Positions 16,697-25,580 of a stretch of DNA of 60,657 nucleotides are shown piece by piece. The stretch is from Patescibacteria group bacterium (GTDB taxonomy: Bacteria > Patescibacteriota > Patescibacteriia > UBA10025 > JAHIVO01). Both the position numbers and the translations under genes were made by a program. The stretch lies in the NCBI GenBank assembly GCA_041649335.1, contig JBAZNF010000002.1, positions 1-60,657 on the forward strand, read 5' to 3'. The notes under the pieces were generated by a model. That model saw only the letters and a list, made by a program, of their open reading frames with translations, did no database searches and was not told the DNA's origin. The first letter of the stretch is position 1. Each line of letters starts with the position of its first letter.

Positions 16697-18319
16697 ATGG
16701 TTGAACTTTGGCGATCAATAACAAAAAAAGAATGGCGTCTGGTCATGGCACTGGCCGGTGTTATTATTATCGTGACGGCCATACCGTACCTGTACGGGTA
16801 TTTTACGACACCGGTCGGCATGGCCTATACGGGCGTTCACTATCTGACGCCGGGGGATATCAATGTCATGCTGTCCAATATTGAACAGGTGAAACAGGGG
16901 CATCTTATTTTCATCAATCCGTATACAGCCGAACCGCAGCACCGCTGGCTGGTCAATCCGTTGTGGCTGTCGATCGGGGCGATGGCAAAAATATTCAGCC
17001 TTCCCAACCTGCTGGCGTACCACATCGCGCGTTCGATCTGGATCGTGATTTTTTTCGTAGTCATGTATTTGTTCCTGATGTTCATGTTTTCTGACCGGCG
17101 AAAACGCCTGTGGATGATGGTCATCATTATCGCTTCATCCGGGCTTGGGCTTTTTTTCAATCCGTTCCTTTTTGACCTTACTAATTTATATGAGCATCCG
17201 ACAGATACGTGGGTGCCGGAAAGCATCACGTTTTTGACGTTGTACCATTCACCGCACCTGATCGCTTCGTTGACGCTGATCATCCTGGTTTTCCTGCTGA
17301 TGCTTCTGGCATTTGACACTAACCGGTGGCGCTATTCGATCGGTGCCGGCGTGTCCTGTTTTTTCCTCCTGTGGTTCCATCCGTTCAATGGCCCGACGAT
17401 TTTTTCCGTCCTGGGCGTATATATGCTGACCATGTTTTTCCGTTCGCGGAGAATCATCTGGTCATATGTGCGGCATTATGCCGTGCTCTGCGTATTTCCC
17501 ATTCCCATCGTCATATATATGTATATGATGAGCAAGTATGACTGGGTTATCCGCATGTGGAACCAGCAGAATGTCCTGCCTTCCCCCAGCGTGTGGATGT
17601 ACCTGATCGGGTACGGGCTCCTTATTCCGTTGGGTGTTTATGGCCTGTGGATAACCTGTAAAAAGCTTGATTCTAAAGGGGTTTTTATCATAGGGTGGCT
17701 CGCAACATCGGCGCTTCTGGTTTATTTCCCTATTTATTTTCAACGCCGGATGATTGAGGGGTTCCACATTCCTTTAGCGATACTGGCAGCCTTGGCATTG
17801 CTGGCCCTGGTTGACCGGTGGCGGGATCCGCGCCCCGGCAGCTGGCAACTGAAATTGAGCCTGCTTGTTGCTTTTTGCGCGATATTTCTGCCGCTGACCA
17901 ACATCCAGATCATGGGGCAGGATATTTTCAAGTACCAGACGAATAAGGAGTATCCGTATTATCTGCCCCAGACCGAGATAGAGTCGATGCAATGGCTGAA
18001 AGCGCATACGACGGATAGGGATATTATTTTTTCCACGTACGAGATCGGAAATTTCATCCCGGCTTATTCCGGCCGGGTCGTCTGGATCGGCCATGGGCCG
18101 CAGACCATCAACCTGGAGGAGAAATACATACAGAATGCCTGGTTCTGGTGGCAGGACGATATTAACGGGTCCAAGCGCCAGTGGCTGCATGACCAGCGCG
18201 TAACGTATCTCTGGTACGGTCCCAATGAAAAAAACGCCGGCGCATACGTGCCAGACACGAAAACATATTTGGAAAAAGTTTTCAGCAATTCAGACGTCAG
18301 CCTTTACCGCGTCCAATAA
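16697..18319 (+). CDS. polytopic membrane protein, putative GT-C-fold glycosyltransferase (3 of 3)
   Basis: 540 aa with many TM segments. The C-terminal soluble domain ends ..LEKVFSNSDVSLYRVQ, paralogous to the tail of the first gene. Confidence 0.55.
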   Translation: MVELWRSITKKEWRLVMALAGVIIIVTAIPYLYGYFTTPVGMAYTGVHYLTPGDINVMLSNIEQVKQGHLIFINPYTAEPQHRWLVNPLWLSIGAMAKIFSLPNLLAYHIARSIWIVIFFVVMYLFLMFMFSDRRKRLWMMVIIIASSGLGLFFNPFLFDLTNLYEHPTDTWVPESITFLTLYHSPHLIASLTLIILVFLLMLLAFDTNRWRYSIGAGVSCFFLLWFHPFNGPTIFSVLGVYMLTMFFRSRRIIWSYVRHYAVLCVFPIPIVIYMYMMSKYDWVIRMWNQQNVLPSPSVWMYLIGYGLLIPLGVYGLWITCKKLDSKGVFIIGWLATSALLVYFPIYFQRRMIEGFHIPLAILAALALLALVDRWRDPRPGSWQLKLSLLVAFCAIFLPLTNIQIMGQDIFKYQTNKEYPYYLPQTEIESMQWLKAHTTDRDIIFSTYEIGNFIPAYSGRVVWIGHGPQTINLEEKYIQNAWFWWQDDINGSKRQWLHDQRVTYLWYGPNEKNAGAYVPDTKTYLEKVFSNSDVSLYRVQ

Positions 18320-20289
18320 TCGATGGAGATGCCCGGCCCGACCGCCTGTTTTTTTGTGTAGACAATTTTTGCCGACCGCCATCCGTCCAGATCAAGGTAA
18401 CCCGCGGTCTCGACGGCTTCCAAATTGAGCTGACTATTTGACGTATGTACTGACGAGGGGACGGTAAGCCAGAAGTTTGTTGTGACATACGTACCGGCGG
18501 GCCAATCAAAAACCGGGAACAGTCCGTACCCAAACGGCAGTATTGTTTCAAATATATTTTTTCCGTTGTCGCCTGATACGGAAAATTCCAGATGAAAGTC
18601 GTCGGCCGCTGTTTGTGACAATCGCCAAACCAGAGAAAGGGAGATGTGGTTGGAGTCGATTGGCAGAGTGTTCATTTTTTTCCACCCGACGAATTCCAGT
18701 GTCGGGGTGATTTGTCGGTGCAGGGCGATGATGTCCGTCGGAGCGTCGGGTGAGACAGAATAAAGCGATAACGCGTCCGCCTGGCCTTTCGTGAACGTCA
18801 CAATAGAATCGTCCACCGATTCTATTACGAACCCGTTAGTGTCCAAGTACGCACGGATCCGTTCCGCCCCCCCAGCATATTGTTCGCTGTCCGAATATTG
18901 CAACTGGTAAATGATGAAATCGCGGGCATCCAAAATTATACGTTGGACCGACGTGGGTAATTCGTAGTCCTGTTCCGAATATTGTTTTTTCCCTAAAAAG
19001 GCGTAATTCAGCGAGTAAATGTGTTCGCGGGAGGAAAGCGGCGTCAGGAAATTATATCCGACGGCAACTGATTCATCAGGACTAGTCTGGTTAACGGATT
19101 GTTGTGCCGTGTGCGTGACGGTCGAATTCCACGGCGACTGGAATAACGAGCGGGCCATAGCAGTGATCGGGCTGATGATGGCGAACGAGTACACTATCGC
19201 CCCGATGATGATGACGCCATAGCGCCAACGATAGCGGAAAAATAAACGTTTTTTCGCTGTCTCAGGCTGGTTTGGCGCTATAAGGTAAGCGAGAGATATA
19301 ATGGCCGCGATAAATATGCCTGGCAGCAGGAGTGCCGTGTAATGCGTTTCCAGGACAACCGTCGGGTTAAGACCGGTCAGAAACAATTGAAGCGCGACCA
19401 AGAGCGTCAGCAGGAGCGCGCGCGGCTTCAGGAGATACAGTCCGGCCATCGGGAGGAGCAGCCCGCAGAGCAGCCAGAGATTGTTAAATGTGAAGAGGTG
19501 GGTAAGGATCAGCCACGGTTTCAGTGCTAGAGTTTTTATGGCCGAGCTGAAGCTGCCGCCCAGCCAGGGGTACATCAACAAAAATTTATAGGATCCGTAC
19601 CCGTTGAAGTAGCCGGTCAGCTGCATGGCGATGATAAACCACAGGCCGCCGGCGATGACCGGCGCGAGTATCCAGCGGAGCGGACGGCGGTCCAGGGCGG
19701 CCAGTGCCCCGAACATAATGACGGCCAGTGCCACGTCTTCACGCACCGTCAGGGCAAGAAGGGAGCACAACAGGAACGGAGTAAATTTTTTCTGGTCATA
19801 AAAATAGTAGGCGCTTAGCAGCAGGATAACGGCAAACGGCAGGAGGTGGAATTCGAAGAAGGCCATGTTCCAGAGAAAAGGGTTGAGCAGCCAGGCGGCG
19901 GCCATGGCCAGCGCGAAATGCGCCGGGAGGTATTTTTTTGCGATCAGGAACAGAGGCCAGGCGGCCAGGGTCAGCCCCAGGGCCTGGAGGATCAGTAGCG
20001 TGGCCGGCGACGGCTTCAGGGCATACAACGGAGCTAACGCCAGGATAAAAATTTCAAAATGATCGCCCAGATAGGAATGCGGATGGACACTGAACTGAAA
20101 CAGGCGTCCGTGGACGGTATTGTAGAAAACCTGGTTATAGATGCCCAAATCCATGGCGTTATAGCCAAAGTGCTGATATTTGACGATCAGTGCCCAGACC
20201 ATAACCGCCGAAACCAGGGTGATCAGGATGGCCAGAGACGTATAGGGGTGGCGGCCGAGCCAGGCGATAATTTTTTTCATTGTTGCCAT
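18304..20289 (-). CDS. DUF2079-family polytopic membrane protein with large C-terminal extracytoplasmic domain
   Basis: 661 aa. N-terminal ..KYQHFGYNAMDLGIYNQVFYNTVHGRLF.. resembles the DUF2079 signature. The 3' end overlaps the convergent GT-C gene by 16 nt. Confidence 0.6.
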   Translation of the reverse strand: MATMKKIIAWLGRHPYTSLAILITLVSAVMVWALIVKYQHFGYNAMDLGIYNQVFYNTVHGRLFQFSVHPHSYLGDHFEIFILALAPLYALKPSPATLLILQALGLTLAAWPLFLIAKKYLPAHFALAMAAAWLLNPFLWNMAFFEFHLLPFAVILLLSAYYFYDQKKFTPFLLCSLLALTVREDVALAVIMFGALAALDRRPLRWILAPVIAGGLWFIIAMQLTGYFNGYGSYKFLLMYPWLGGSFSSAIKTLALKPWLILTHLFTFNNLWLLCGLLLPMAGLYLLKPRALLLTLLVALQLFLTGLNPTVVLETHYTALLLPGIFIAAIISLAYLIAPNQPETAKKRLFFRYRWRYGVIIIGAIVYSFAIISPITAMARSLFQSPWNSTVTHTAQQSVNQTSPDESVAVGYNFLTPLSSREHIYSLNYAFLGKKQYSEQDYELPTSVQRIILDARDFIIYQLQYSDSEQYAGGAERIRAYLDTNGFVIESVDDSIVTFTKGQADALSLYSVSPDAPTDIIALHRQITPTLEFVGWKKMNTLPIDSNHISLSLVWRLSQTAADDFHLEFSVSGDNGKNIFETILPFGYGLFPVFDWPAGTYVTTNFWLTVPSSVHTSNSQLNLEAVETAGYLDLDGWRSAKIVYTKKQAVGPGISIDYWTR

Positions 20290-20315
20290 ACAGTCATTGT
20301 ATCTGAGCCGTGTCT

Positions 20316-20353
20316 GAAAAACAAACCCCCCACACCTGGTGTGATGTGGGGGG
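20316..20353 (-). terminator. intrinsic terminator after the distal pilin gene
   Basis: 9-bp G/C-rich stem ccccccaca / tgtgggggg. On the minus strand it is followed by TTTGTTTTTC. Confidence 0.75.
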
Positions 20354-20384
20354 AGAATATTTATTAACTACGTTAATAACGGAA

Positions 20385-20738
20385 TTAGGTCGTGACCTTG
20401 TTGGTCTGAGTGACGACGAAGATGACGATAGCCCAAGCCAGCAATATGACGATTAAACCGATGACAGCGGCGGAAATGATTTTTTTCGCGCCTGCTACCT
20501 TTTCTTCGTTGCCGCCGGCGGTCATCCATTGGAAACCACCGATCAAGATCATGATGACGGCGACGAGACCGAGAAAGCCGAGCACCCATTGCACGATCTT
20601 AATGACCGTTGATTCGAGGTCAGCCGTTCCCAGGCCTAACGTCGGGCCGAGGTTGGTTACGGTAACAGCGGAGGCTGCAAACGGGATGGCGACTGCCGCG
20701 ATAGTTAATAAACCGGCAAGAAATACTTTTTTGTTCAT
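20385..20738 (-). CDS. VirB2/TrbC-like (T4SS-type) pilin, candidate major subunit
   Basis: 117 aa. Signal peptide MNKKVFLAGLLTIAAVAIPFAASA. Then two hydrophobic helices separated by a short basic loop: LIGGFQWMTAGGNEEKVAGAKKIISAAVIGLIVILLAW. Confidence 0.7.
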   Translation of the reverse strand: MNKKVFLAGLLTIAAVAIPFAASAVTVTNLGPTLGLGTADLESTVIKIVQWVLGFLGLVAVIMILIGGFQWMTAGGNEEKVAGAKKIISAAVIGLIVILLAWAIVIFVVTQTNKVTT

Positions 20739-20814
20739 TCTATTCTCACCCCCTTCCGTTTAATAAAAGATTGATATTTATGCAATTATTTCAGTGAATT
20801 TCAGAACAATCAAA

Positions 20815-20843
20815 ATTATACCTTAATTCCCTGACTTTGTCAA
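20815..20843 (-). promoter_or_regulatory. perfect consensus sigma70 promoter for the distal pilin gene
   Basis: Minus strand reads TTGACA, 17 nt (aagtcagggaattaagg), TATAAT. The implied 5' UTR is about 70 nt and an SD-like GGGGGTGA precedes the ATG. Confidence 0.75.
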
Positions 20844-20850
20844 ACGCCCG

Positions 20851-21264
20851 CTACAGTTTTTTTTGGATTTCCTCGAAAATGAATTTCAAGACCGAATAGC
20901 TGAGCGTAATCACCAAAATACCCACGATGGCCCAGACCAGCGTGTCTTTGGCCTTTTTGACCATATTGGGGTTGCCGGCGGAAATCAGGAATTCAAACCC
21001 GCCCAAAATAACCATGAACAAGGCGAAGATGTCCACCGCCGCCAGCAATATCTGCAGGACGCGTAGCATGATTTTGATCAGATCGACATTTTTCCCGAGC
21101 GGGTTCGGCAGTGACGGGGTACCTGTGGTCGTGGTAGCGCCGGTATTGGTATTGCCCGTGTTAGTGGACTGGGCCTGTAGCGATACCGGAAACAGGAGTA
21201 CGGAGCCAGCCCATATGGCAGACAGGGCGATCACGGTCAGGATGAGCAAGGTGTTTTTTTTCAT
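20851..21264 (-). CDS. VirB2/TrbC-like pilin paralog with Thr/Asn-rich linker
   Basis: 137 aa. Signal/TM, then the low-complexity stretch STNTGNTNTGATTTTGT, then ILGGFEFLISAGNPNMVKKAKDTLVWAIVGILVITLSY (same helix-loop-helix as its neighbours). Confidence 0.65.
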   Translation of the reverse strand: MKKNTLLILTVIALSAIWAGSVLLFPVSLQAQSTNTGNTNTGATTTTGTPSLPNPLGKNVDLIKIMLRVLQILLAAVDIFALFMVILGGFEFLISAGNPNMVKKAKDTLVWAIVGILVITLSYSVLKFIFEEIQKKL

Positions 21265-21282
21265 ATAAAAAAGTCAATTATA

Positions 21283-23268
21283 TTACGGCAGAGGAGTATT
21301 ATTGACCAGGAGGTCGCAGGTGATAGAGGTCTGCACATTGTCGCAGGCGCGGTCATTCTCATAGAACGTGCCGCCATTCATACTGCAGTAAATTTCAGTG
21401 GACCATTGGGTGCAGGTTGTTAGGTCAATTTGCGGCGGTCCGGGGTCGATGATGTCTGTTTTGACGCAACACCCCTGGACACAGGCCCGCTGGCCATTGT
21501 TCGGGTCGACGACATTGATACAGCGGTCGCCAGGCCGGAAGGCAGTGACCGGGAATGTCGCACTGCATTTAGCGCGCGTCAATGGCTCGAAACAGTTGTA
21601 ATCGTTGTCCAACTCAACACAACAGCCACTACAGTCGCCGACGGTGGAGCAGGCTGCTCCGGACGAAAATGTTCCGCCAGCCAGGGTGCATTGAGCTTGA
21701 GTATAACTTTCATGGCACGTTAGATCATTGTTTGGATTAACACAGCAGCCGGTGACACACTGAGGGTCGGGTGGGCTTGAAGCGGCAGTGAAGGTGCCGG
21801 TGCAGGCGATCCGGGCTACCGGACTGACACAGGCGCCAGTAGTAGTATTCCGGCAGGTGCCGGTTTCACACTGTTGGCCGGCGTTTGTCGGGCAGGCGCC
21901 GCCAGGCCCGCCAAGTATCGTCTGGTTGTTTGGAGGTAGGCAGGTTTGTTGCGAGACCGCACTGCTGCAGGTGAGAGCATTTTGGTACAGACAGCATACC
22001 GGGGCGCATGACGTGTTAGCGGAACATGTGTTATTTATATCATAGGTGAGGTTGGCGCATGAGCCGTCGATATTTCCGTCCGTACAAGTTTCCTGGCAGC
22101 AGCCATCCGTACATGAAGTAAATTGTGAACAACTGATGTCATTATTGAATATCCCCCCGACTGTCGTGCAGTAGCCGGCGGTGTAGTTGTTGTAGCAGTT
22201 ATTATTTCCGCCTGGATCCTGGATGCAGCAGCCAGTCAGGCACAGGCCGAGGATATCTCTGGCCTCTTTGCATGTTTGGGGGACATAAATATTGCTGGTG
22301 CAATTAATTTTACTGTCACTGCAGCTGCTTTGGCCAATACAACAGCCGATAATGCATTCAGTTTCGTCCGTACAACTGACACCAGGTTTGAAAGTGCCGC
22401 CGCTCGGGCAGTTAGCCGAGGTCGTCGTGGTACAGGTATTTGGCTGGATACAGCAGCCGGTGCCGGTTTCGCTGGCCGTGCTGGTACCCTGGATGAGAGC
22501 GGGGTCGCAGTCCTGGCCCAGGAAATTACAGGCCGTATTGGAGTGGTAGGTGGTGGGCCAGTTGATACAGCCAGTTTTACTGTCCGGCCAGTAGCAGGTT
22601 TTATCCGTGGTGTCGTCGGGGACGCAGCAGCCGATGGTATAATTCTTGCAGACAGCCGGGTACTCAGAACAGAATTGGTTTTCACCCATGAATTGGACGC
22701 TGGCGCCGCCGTAGGTACCGCTGATCGCAGTGCAATCGGTTTGGGTCATTTCTTTGCAGCCGTAATCCTCTACATAGCAGCACCCGGCATTTGGTTGGTG
22801 CGGGTTGGCTACGCCGCCGCCCCACCATTCTTTTGAAAATGGCGTGCCATAATCCGGGAATATGTTAGTACTCCCGGTCAGGACGAATACGATAAAATTG
22901 CCGAACGCCCACGCCAGGAAGATGATAATAATGACGCCGACTACTACTGAGGTAATCATTTTTTTCCCCTGTTGGATCTTTTCCGGATTGCCGCCGGCCA
23001 TAATCAGGTTGAAGCCGGCCCAGATCATCATGATCATGGCCAGGTAAGGCAGGAGCTTCAGGGCGACCTGCGCCAGGTTGATGAACAGCTGGACAAATGA
23101 GTTCAGGTTGCATTCGGCATTTTTTTGGTCGCCTAAACATTCCGGGGGGATAATCTGGAATCCGCTGCTTGATTCCGCGGCCCGTGTTACGGCCGGGATA
23201 ACGAGTGCGGCAAGGGCAACCACTGTTATGGCCGTAAGGATAAGTCGTTTGTGGCGGAAGGTAGACAT
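21283..23268 (-). CDS. pilin-like N-terminal domain fused to ten tandem six-cysteine modules (putative surface stalk/adhesin)
   Basis: 661 aa. Signal peptide, then IWAGFNLIMAGGNPEKIQQGKKMITSVVVGVIIIIFLAW (pilin-like hairpin). From residue 163 there are ten CC-initiated Cys modules; I counted 66 Cys in total. Confidence 0.8.
   Translation of the reverse strand: MSTFRHKRLILTAITVVALAALVIPAVTRAAESSSGFQIIPPECLGDQKNAECNLNSFVQLFINLAQVALKLLPYLAMIMMIWAGFNLIMAGGNPEKIQQGKKMITSVVVGVIIIIFLAWAFGNFIVFVLTGSTNIFPDYGTPFSKEWWGGGVANPHQPNAGCCYVEDYGCKEMTQTDCTAISGTYGGASVQFMGENQFCSEYPAVCKNYTIGCCVPDDTTDKTCYWPDSKTGCINWPTTYHSNTACNFLGQDCDPALIQGTSTASETGTGCCIQPNTCTTTTSANCPSGGTFKPGVSCTDETECIIGCCIGQSSCSDSKINCTSNIYVPQTCKEARDILGLCLTGCCIQDPGGNNNCYNNYTAGYCTTVGGIFNNDISCSQFTSCTDGCCQETCTDGNIDGSCANLTYDINNTCSANTSCAPVCCLYQNALTCSSAVSQQTCLPPNNQTILGGPGGACPTNAGQQCETGTCRNTTTGACVSPVARIACTGTFTAASSPPDPQCVTGCCVNPNNDLTCHESYTQAQCTLAGGTFSSGAACSTVGDCSGCCVELDNDYNCFEPLTRAKCSATFPVTAFRPGDRCINVVDPNNGQRACVQGCCVKTDIIDPGPPQIDLTTCTQWSTEIYCSMNGGTFYENDRACDNVQTSITCDLLVNNTPLP
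21286..22782 (-). repeat. coding tandem repeat: ten CC-x-C-x-C-x-C-x-C modules of 35-83 aa
   Basis: CC doublets occur at GCCYVED, GCCVPDD, GCCIQPN, GCCIGQS, GCCIQDP, GCCQETC, VCCLYQN, GCCVNPN, GCCVELD and GCCVKTD. Nine modules have exactly 6 Cys and the seventh has 10. A GG(T/I)F motif recurs in the third loop. Confidence 0.85.
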
Positions 23269-23273
23269 GATAA

Positions 23274-24659
23274 TTAGTAGGTTTGTTGGATTTTTTGCGC
23301 GGCCGCATCCAGAGAGGTCTGGATGGCGTTCGGGTCTGCAGCGACCGTTTCAATCATGTCGGCGAATGCCTGCGCCGCGGAAACAGGGTCACGGCCGTGA
23401 TACCAGCTGGTGGCCGTCAGAGCCTGCTGGGCCAGGATGCTCAGGTCCTGTTCTTTGAGCTGGTCGCTGAGGATGGAGCGGAGGACGCTGGTCTGGCTGG
23501 TCGCTTTCGTGTAGATGGCCGCCATTTTCTTGTCGGCCGCGAACTGCAGGAAATTCCAGGCCACGGCAGAATTTTTTGTCTTTTTTGATACCGTAAAGAC
23601 ATTATAGCTGGCGAAATTCACTTCATTTTCCAGGTCAACCTGGGGCAGCGGCGCGTACGCATAATCGATGCCGCGGTTCTTTGACTTGATGTCAGCTTCC
23701 TGGCTTTTATACCCGAAAAACAAGGCTAATTTCCCTTCCGCAAAATAATCCAGGGCATTGGGCATGGCCGCGTTCCAGGTGTAGGTGGTTTTATTGGGGC
23801 TGGTAAAATCAGTATAAAAACGCAACGCCTGGGCGCCGGGAATATATGCGGTGTCATTGACTGACGGCTGGTTGAATGAAACTTTTTCTCCGGAGGTCAT
23901 CTGCGTGCCGTTTTGCAGCATCAGAACGGTAACGATATCAATGGCATTGGGGATGTTTTCGTAGGTCCCGAGGGCGGCGCCGGCCCTGACGATATTGTTC
24001 TGGTCATCCAGGACGGTCAGGCGCGGGATAACGGTGGCGAATTCGGCCCAGGTCCGTGGCGGATCGATGATGTGGGCCTGGTTGAGGAGGTCCCGGTTGT
24101 AGTACATGACCAGGGTATTGACGCTCAGCGGCAGGCCGTATATTTTTCCGTCGAAAATGATGTCGTTATAAACGGTATCGATGTAATTTCGTTTGATGTC
24201 CGCTGACGTCAATGAAGTGGTGGGCGTGGCGGTAATTGACGTGTCAGTTTTGAATAATGTTTTTTTGGTGGTGTAGGTATAGACTGTGGTCGATTTTGGA
24301 AGCGGCGTAATGAAATCAGCCCGGTACTTGTTCAGTCCGGTATTGGGGATGGCATAAATGTCCGGACCCGTGTCAGTGGCCCAGCCGTTGAGGAGGGCGT
24401 CGGCATATTCTTCCGGACGTTTTTTCACGTATTTCAGCTTAACGTAGGGATGTGCCTTGCGGTAGGCGCTGAAGATTGCCGAGAGGTCAGAGGTCTCGTC
24501 CCAGACTCCCCACACCGTCAGACTGACTGATTTCGGGGGCGGCGTTCCTTTCGGTCCGAAGATGATAAAAATGACCCCTCCGATGATCAGCGCGATACTG
24601 CCGAGGATGATTAGGATAAAGACTTTTGAAACGCCGAGGCGTCGTTGTCCCACGTGCAT
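23274..24659 (-). CDS. membrane-anchored extracellular solute-binding protein (family 1, sugar-type)
   Basis: 461 aa. N-terminal TM anchor (VFILIILGSIALIIGGVIFIIF), then LTVWGVWDETSDLSAIFSAYRKAHPYVKLKYV typical of ABC substrate-binding proteins. No permease or ATPase genes are adjacent. Confidence 0.75.
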   Translation of the reverse strand: MHVGQRRLGVSKVFILIILGSIALIIGGVIFIIFGPKGTPPPKSVSLTVWGVWDETSDLSAIFSAYRKAHPYVKLKYVKKRPEEYADALLNGWATDTGPDIYAIPNTGLNKYRADFITPLPKSTTVYTYTTKKTLFKTDTSITATPTTSLTSADIKRNYIDTVYNDIIFDGKIYGLPLSVNTLVMYYNRDLLNQAHIIDPPRTWAEFATVIPRLTVLDDQNNIVRAGAALGTYENIPNAIDIVTVLMLQNGTQMTSGEKVSFNQPSVNDTAYIPGAQALRFYTDFTSPNKTTYTWNAAMPNALDYFAEGKLALFFGYKSQEADIKSKNRGIDYAYAPLPQVDLENEVNFASYNVFTVSKKTKNSAVAWNFLQFAADKKMAAIYTKATSQTSVLRSILSDQLKEQDLSILAQQALTATSWYHGRDPVSAAQAFADMIETVAADPNAIQTSLDAAAQKIQQTY

Positions 24660-24666
24660 GGTTGGG

Positions 24667-25557
24667 TTACAAATGAAGCGACTTTAAATACTCCCGGAAT
24701 GGTTCAGCCAGGTCTTTTCTGGATAAGGCGAATTCAACATTCGCCTTGAGGTATTCCAGCTTATTGCCGGTATCATAATATTTGCTGTTTTTAATTTCGC
24801 ACGCATAGATGGGCTCGCGGGTCATCAGGTCCTTAATGGCGTCCACCAGCCAGAGTTCACCGTCTTTGCCCGGCTGCAGGTTGCGTAATGACGGGATGAT
24901 GCCCGGCGTCAGGATATATGCGCCATGTGTGGCCAGGTTTGACGGCGCTTCCTCCGGTTTCGGTTTTTCGACCAGCGACTTAATAGTAAAAACGTTTTTT
25001 TCGCCCGGTATCGGCTCAATGTCGGCAATGCCATATTTTGATACATCTTTTTTATTGGGAATGCGCACGGCGCTGATGACCGAATGGCCGTATTTTTCGT
25101 ATACGTCCATCATCTGTTTGAGCCGCGGCGGGTCGCTGTGGAAGAATTCGTCGCCCCATAAAACTGCGAACGGTTCGTGCTCGACCAGGTGCCGGGCGGA
25201 AATGACCGGCGTAGCGTTACCGTATGCGCCTTTTTGGCGGATATAAATGAAATTGGCCAGCTCCGGAATACGCCGGATTTCCTTGAGCATTTCCATTTTA
25301 CCGGATGCTTCCAATTGCCGTTCCAATTCGAGCGAATAGTCAAAATGGTCTTCCAGGGAGCGTTTCTGCCAGCTAGTGACGATAATAATATCCTTGATGC
25401 CTGCGGAAACAGCCTCTTCTACGACGAACTGGATGACTGGTTTATCGATGATGGGCAGCATTTCTTTCGGCTGGGCTTTTGTCACCGGCAAAAAACGCGT
25501 CCCGAATCCGGCGGCCGGGATCACAACTTTCGTAATTTTTGGGAATGAATTTTTCAT
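24667..25557 (-). CDS. galU: UTP--glucose-1-phosphate uridylyltransferase
   Basis: 296 aa. KVVIPAAGFGTRFLPVTKAQPKEMLPIIDKPVIQFVVEEA is the GalU signature. Confidence 0.92.
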   Translation of the reverse strand: MKNSFPKITKVVIPAAGFGTRFLPVTKAQPKEMLPIIDKPVIQFVVEEAVSAGIKDIIIVTSWQKRSLEDHFDYSLELERQLEASGKMEMLKEIRRIPELANFIYIRQKGAYGNATPVISARHLVEHEPFAVLWGDEFFHSDPPRLKQMMDVYEKYGHSVISAVRIPNKKDVSKYGIADIEPIPGEKNVFTIKSLVEKPKPEEAPSNLATHGAYILTPGIIPSLRNLQPGKDGELWLVDAIKDLMTREPIYACEIKNSKYYDTGNKLEYLKANVEFALSRKDLAEPFREYLKSLHL

Positions 25558-25580
25558 TTTTGTTCTTTAATGGTGCATTG

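Noticed and set aside
9601-20353. Shared CCCCACAC core in the two strongest terminator stems (9601-9638 and 20326-20353) as a possible dispersed repeat family
   Set aside because: Only about 9 nt are shared and the remainder of the stems differ. Two instances are insufficient to call a repeat family.
21286-22782. Possibility that the periodic GGCTGCTG-containing DNA is a CRISPR array or non-coding satellite
   Set aside because: The periodicity is irregular (35-83 codons) and the region is one uninterrupted reading frame. The repeated element is the codon triplet for Gly-Cys-Cys. No CRISPR-like repeat-spacer structure exists anywhere in the window.
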